The notes under the pieces are model-generated. The model saw only the letters and a program-made list of their open reading frames with translations, was not told the DNA's origin and ran no database searches. From an uncultured bacterium (GTDB lineage Bacteria > Chloroflexota > UBA5177 > JANWHV01), in NCBI GenBank assembly GCA_963729625.1, contig CAVSOU010000010.1:1152001-1216000 (forward strand): a DNA stretch of 64,000 nucleotides, in the 5' to 3' direction. How positions within the stretch are numbered: the stretch's first letter is position 1; each line of letters starts with the position of its first letter. Below are positions 60,833 to 64,000 of the stretch, in pieces. The position numbers were made by a program, and so were the translations under genes.

Positions 60833-63037
60833 CTACATCGTCACCGTCTCGACCATAGTGTTGCCCAACGGATTCTCCGTCTGCTCCTCACAGGCTTTGA
60901 ACAGCAGCAATTCCGAGGTCATCGCTGCATCCAGGCGAATCACCAGGCCTGAATTGCACAGTTCGCGCCCGCGCATGCGGAATGTCGCGTGCCGGTTATC
61001 CAGTGTGACCTCGAAATCGCGAGCGTGGTCCAGCCCGCGCGGACGGAACACGAACTCATCCTGACCACGTGCGGCGTTTCCACCACTCAGCTTGAATACG
61101 CCTGCATACCCTCGCATCCGGTCCGGGGACCCGTATTCTAGCACACACCAATCGGCTGGCCGCAATAGCCCAATGTCCGGCGTGTGATGATAGACGGCAG
61201 GGTGGCCGACCAGGATTGGACGGCAGACTGCCTTGGCCAACTCAATGTAGCGACGAGTCGTGGCGAAGTAAGGTGTGTTGCGATCGGTACTCTGCGCGCC
61301 AAACCCGACGAATACGGGGTTGGCAAATAAGGCGACCCGCAAGTGGGTATCCAGATCCGCGGTGAGATGCGCATCCATCAGGTGGTCGTGGTAGTAGCAG
61401 ATCGACTCCGGAGGGACGTAAAGCGTCATCGCATTGATAGCGCGAATGCTGAAAGGAAAGGCACTCACATCGGATTCGCACGCGTAGTGGAAACGAGACA
61501 GCATTCCCAGGTCGTTGCGGCCACCGCCGCCCGCGCAGTTCTCCAGGGCCACCAGCGGAAATTCCTGACGAACGCGGTCAAATACACGATAGAGCGTCTC
61601 GTTGTGCCGCCACATCTCCTGCTCGGCATAGCCGTGCCGTATGTGTTGCCCGCCTTCATCAAGGAACTCATTGTAGTCCAGCTTGTAGAAGTCCAGCTGG
61701 TGATCATGGATCACCCGTAGCACCGCGTCCTCAAAATAGCTGGCGGCTTCGGGATGCGCCAGATTCAGGCTTGGGAACCGAAGCCCATCGCTTCTGGTCA
61801 GTTGCCAATCCGGGTGTTCTTTGGTCAACCGGCTCTGTTTCCCCGCCGCCTCCGCTTCCATCCACAGGCCAAACAACATGCCTCTGGCGTGCGCATAGTC
61901 CCGTGCACCGGCAATCCCGCCCGGCATCCAGCTGCCTTCGAACCAGTCACCCCGGTTCTCTGGCCAGGGTCGGAACTCCTCGCCATACCAGCCGGCATCG
62001 ACCATGAAAGCCTCGATACCCATTTCCGCGGCAATGTCCATTTCCCTCAGGATCCACTCGCCAGGCTGTTCCACCACGCGACCGGCGATCGTGTACATCT
62101 CCTTGCCCGCCGGGCGCGCAGGTATGACCGAGGCGCGCATGTGCCGGTGCCAGGCCTGTACGGCTTGATCGAGACCACCGTGATACATCCCGAGGTGTAC
62201 CTCAGGCGACTTCACGGTCTCGCCTGGAGCGATGACTCGCAACGGGGCAGCGCCCAACGGACCTATGTGGAAAGACAGACAGGTATCAAATCGGTGCGAA
62301 AACTCGGCCACGTACGGGCCAGACCAGGCCAGGCCAAGGAAACACAACTCGCCGGTCACTTCATTGTGCAGTACAAAGTAGGGCGAGCCGAATGCGTGCT
62401 CCATCGTTCGCTCGATCCGGAAGGTCTCCAGCGGCAGGGCGCGCCAGGTGAAGTCCCACTCTTCGCCCCACTTCTCTGCTACCTGGTAGCCCAGCGAGTA
62501 CCGGGGATGCGTCGCCGCATCCCAACCCAGTCTCGCGTCCACCCAGTTAGCGGTCCAGAGCACGCCTGACCAGGGCGATACGCGGGAAAGCGCGGCAGGT
62601 GTGCCGCTTGTGTTGGTAATCTCCAGCCAGCGGGCCAGCACAGTGGTGCCGTCCAGGCGGGTCACGACCCGAACGGTGACCGGGCGCAGCTGGTGCTGAA
62701 GCTCCACCACCGCCTCGACCGTGCCCGCCCGTACTCCCAGTCGTTCCGTCGCGCTGGTCCAATCCCACCGATCATTTAGTGATTGACCATCGATCTCCAA
62801 CTCGAAGACGGCACTGGGCCGAGACAACGGATCGAAGCCAGGCAGCGATCCCAGCATATTCTCACGCGCCACCTGACCGGTGGCCGACCAGTAGAGTCCT
62901 GTTAGCCTTCCATGATGCAGTGCTTCTTCGCGGACAGTGGTCGAGGAGACGTACCGGGCGGTGTCGCGATCGCCGACTCTGTGGAACGCGACCTCAATAT
63001 GCCGGGGCCTTGACGCGTCTGGAGCTTGGCGGAGCAT
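60833..63037 (-). CDS. Alpha-galactosidase, GH36-like
   Basis: MVDAGWY, GDW, FGLWMEAE, YKLDYN (nucleophile), ENCAGGGGR, ESD. Confidence 0.85.
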   Translation of the reverse strand: MLRQAPDASRPRHIEVAFHRVGDRDTARYVSSTTVREEALHHGRLTGLYWSATGQVARENMLGSLPGFDPLSRPSAVFELEIDGQSLNDRWDWTSATERLGVRAGTVEAVVELQHQLRPVTVRVVTRLDGTTVLARWLEITNTSGTPAALSRVSPWSGVLWTANWVDARLGWDAATHPRYSLGYQVAEKWGEEWDFTWRALPLETFRIERTMEHAFGSPYFVLHNEVTGELCFLGLAWSGPYVAEFSHRFDTCLSFHIGPLGAAPLRVIAPGETVKSPEVHLGMYHGGLDQAVQAWHRHMRASVIPARPAGKEMYTIAGRVVEQPGEWILREMDIAAEMGIEAFMVDAGWYGEEFRPWPENRGDWFEGSWMPGGIAGARDYAHARGMLFGLWMEAEAAGKQSRLTKEHPDWQLTRSDGLRFPSLNLAHPEAASYFEDAVLRVIHDHQLDFYKLDYNEFLDEGGQHIRHGYAEQEMWRHNETLYRVFDRVRQEFPLVALENCAGGGGRNDLGMLSRFHYACESDVSAFPFSIRAINAMTLYVPPESICYYHDHLMDAHLTADLDTHLRVALFANPVFVGFGAQSTDRNTPYFATTRRYIELAKAVCRPILVGHPAVYHHTPDIGLLRPADWCVLEYGSPDRMRGYAGVFKLSGGNAARGQDEFVFRPRGLDHARDFEVTLDNRHATFRMRGRELCNSGLVIRLDAAMTSELLLFKACEEQTENPLGNTMVETVTM

Positions 63038-63172
63038 GCTGGTTCATCCTTTTCATCGTGATTCGATGGCGGACTTAACGATTGCACCTCCGAGACATCG
63101 TAGAGCATCGAGTCTCTCAGACACCAGGCTCGCTGGCCTTGGCCGCCTGACGAAGGGGTGGAGGCGGGCGAG

Positions 63173-63979
63173 CTACTGCGTGGCCGTGATCCCGCCGTCG
63201 ATGAACAGGATCTGCCCAGTAATAAACGAGGACGCCGGCCCCGCAAGGAACAGCGCCGCGCCCGCACAGTCGAGAGGGCTCGCGATGCGCTGCAGGGGAA
63301 TGCGGCTAACCAACCCGGCGTAGAATTCCTCGTCCTCGAGGTAGGACCTCACCAGCTCAGTACGGGTAAATGTAGGAGCAATCCCGTTTACCAGGACTTG
63401 CCGCGGCGCCCACTCGGCCGCCAGCTGCTTCACCATCAGGTTTAGCCCGCCTTTGGCACTGCAATACGGTGCATAGCCTCGGTCCCGGAGGGCCAGTTGA
63501 CTGCGGACGGACGACAGGTGGATCTGCCGCCCGCTCCTGGCACGCAGCTGATGACGCCCAGCCGCCTGGGCAAGGAAGAAGGCCCCCTTAAGACTGACGT
63601 CTGTAACGTAGTCCCAGGCCTCCTCGCTCACCTCTTCAGCACTCTCCTCGCGTTGCGCACCGACGCAGTTCACCAGGATGTCGATGGTGCCGAACGCTCC
63701 GGCAACCTCATCGACGTGCCGGCGGATGCTTTCGAGGTCCAGGATGTCGAAGCTCGCCGCATAGGCAGAGTATCCGGCCTCGGCCAGGTCACAAGTCAGG
63801 GCTGTGGCGCGCTCCAGCGATCGGCCGGAGACAGCCACCGTCGCGCCGAAAGCGGCAAATGTCCGGCAAATGGCCTCGCCGATGCCGCCGTAGCCCCCGG
63901 CGACCAAGGCGACCTTGCCGTCGAGGCGGAACAACCCCGACAGCTGTCCCGTATCAAGCCCCACGCCGTACACGCTCAC
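63173..63979 (-). CDS. SDR oxidoreductase (gluconate 5-dehydrogenase-like)
   Basis: GGYGGIG, SSVRS, YCSAK, VNGIAP. Confidence 0.9.
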   Translation of the reverse strand: MSVYGVGLDTGQLSGLFRLDGKVALVAGGYGGIGEAICRTFAAFGATVAVSGRSLERATALTCDLAEAGYSAYAASFDILDLESIRRHVDEVAGAFGTIDILVNCVGAQREESAEEVSEEAWDYVTDVSLKGAFFLAQAAGRHQLRARSGRQIHLSSVRSQLALRDRGYAPYCSAKGGLNLMVKQLAAEWAPRQVLVNGIAPTFTRTELVRSYLEDEEFYAGLVSRIPLQRIASPLDCAGAALFLAGPASSFITGQILFIDGGITATQ

Positions 63980-64000
63980 CGAGTTCTCCTTATCTGCCCC

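Noticed and set aside
1-64000. CRISPR arrays, tRNA/rRNA, transposases, phage or defence genes
   Set aside because: No spaced repeat array, cloverleaf, or integrase/transposase motif was seen by eye.

Overview
GC-rich (~65% by eye) bacterial window, Chloroflexota-like by gene content (inference). It is dominated by carbohydrate and sugar-acid catabolism: six SDRs, two enolase-superfamily dehydratases, gluconokinase, a KdgK-like kinase, a 2-oxoacid dehydrogenase E2/E1a/E1b set, GH36, a GH43-like protein, DUF1080 plus Gfo/Idh/MocA, and four uroporphyrinogen-decarboxylase-fold proteins. It also carries a HypD-like glycyl radical enzyme with its activase, GlcF/GlcD, an F420-type LLM, a NarK-type transporter, an MDR MFS transporter and a frameshifted ferric-reductase/FMN-binding pair. 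I saw no rRNA, tRNA, CRISPR array or transposase. The most notable signals are: (1) a ~500-nt intergenic stretch (25265-25770) that folds almost end to end with plus-strand G-U pairs, a candidate large ncRNA; (2) a four-copy activator motif sitting exactly 22 nt upstream of -10 boxes, which ties the URO-D-like operon to sugar uptake and a LacI-AraC hybrid regulator; (3) a second four-copy palindromic operator (ATATC-W-KATAT); (4) an enolase paralog with active-site substitutions coupled to an APH-family kinase; (5) deletion junctions and frameshifts that may be real decay or assembly error. All family calls come from motif recognition, not database searches.
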